Virus record (IMG/VR): IMGVR_UViG_3300042519_001519
Location: 1 to 64,000 of that record
Direction: 5' to 3' (one strand)
Source: an uncultured virus (IMG/VR IMGVR_UViG_3300042519_001519)
Lineage: Duplodnaviria; Heunggongvirae; Uroviricota; Caudoviricetes
DNA: 64,000 bases
The notes under the pieces were generated by a model that did not search any database, was not told where the DNA came from, and worked only from the letters and a program-made list of their open reading frames with translations. How positions within the stretch are numbered: position 1 is the first letter of the stretch; each line of letters opens with the position of its first letter. The position numbers were made by a program, and so were the translations under genes. Positions 63,811 to 64,000 of the stretch are shown here, in pieces.

Positions 63811-64000
63811 ATGACACAAGAATTAAATCAAGCAGAAGTTGTAAAGATTGCAGGAAAGCATCTAGGACAAGTAGGTGGAGCAGGATATAGCGATACTTAC
63901 GATCCAAGTCTATTGGTAGAAATTCCACGTTACTTGAATAGAGAAGCGTATGGAATTGACGATAATAACCTTCCATTTGTTGGAGGAGATGTTTGGAATG
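63811..64000 (+). CDS. queF: preQ0 reductase, 5' part (runs off the window; not in the ORF track)
   Basis: HLGQ...[20 protein letters not shown]...[10 protein letters not shown] matches the N-terminus of bimodular QueF. Confidence 0.85.
   Translation, partial: MTQELNQAEVVKIAGKHLGQVGGAGYSDTYDPSLLVEIPRYLNREAYGIDDNNLPFVGGDVWN

Noticed and set aside
57018..64000. Queuosine tRNA-modification pathway
   Set aside because: No queA or queG/queH seen in the window, and the TGT-fold protein is short, lacking the Zn-binding C-terminal part of tRNA TGTs; DNA modification is more likely but unproven

Overview
64 kb of a large, AT-rich contractile-tailed (myovirus-like) phage genome. The host is almost certainly in the Bacteroidota (probably Flavobacteriia), judged from 16 TTG-N20-TATnTTwA promoters, signal peptides cleaved before Gln, a T9SS-type C-terminal domain and A-rich translation starts without Shine-Dalgarno sites. 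All credible genes are on the + strand. Order: tail fibre, sheath, tube, chaperone, tape measure and baseplate (1-19071); replication and ribonucleotide reductase (19129-28535); an unexpected secreted/outer-membrane module with C-type lectin, cohesin/dockerin-like, T9SS cargo, CsgG-like and beta-barrel proteins (28549-35720); queC; a tRNA array covering all 20 amino acids, interleaved with structured non-tRNA elements (40242-44327); an RNA-repair-like module; and a 7-deazaguanine DNA-modification cluster (queD, queE, folE, dpdA-like, PurN-like formyltransferase, queF, PRTase, NTP pyrophosphatase, kinase). Most striking observations: (1) two preQ1-I-riboswitch-like aptamers in the 5' UTRs of the phage's own deazaguanine genes; (2) a 46-codon leader peptide containing all 20 amino acids, coupled to a terminator/antiterminator directly upstream of the tRNA array; (3) the surface/secretion module; (4) a circularly permuted, Y-RNA-like tRNA mimic; (5) a coiled-coil gene followed by a ~310-nt structured RNA with period-6 repeats; (6) a probable +1 frameshift in the tail chaperone. 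All calls come from reading motifs and base-pairing by eye; no searches or folding programs were run.
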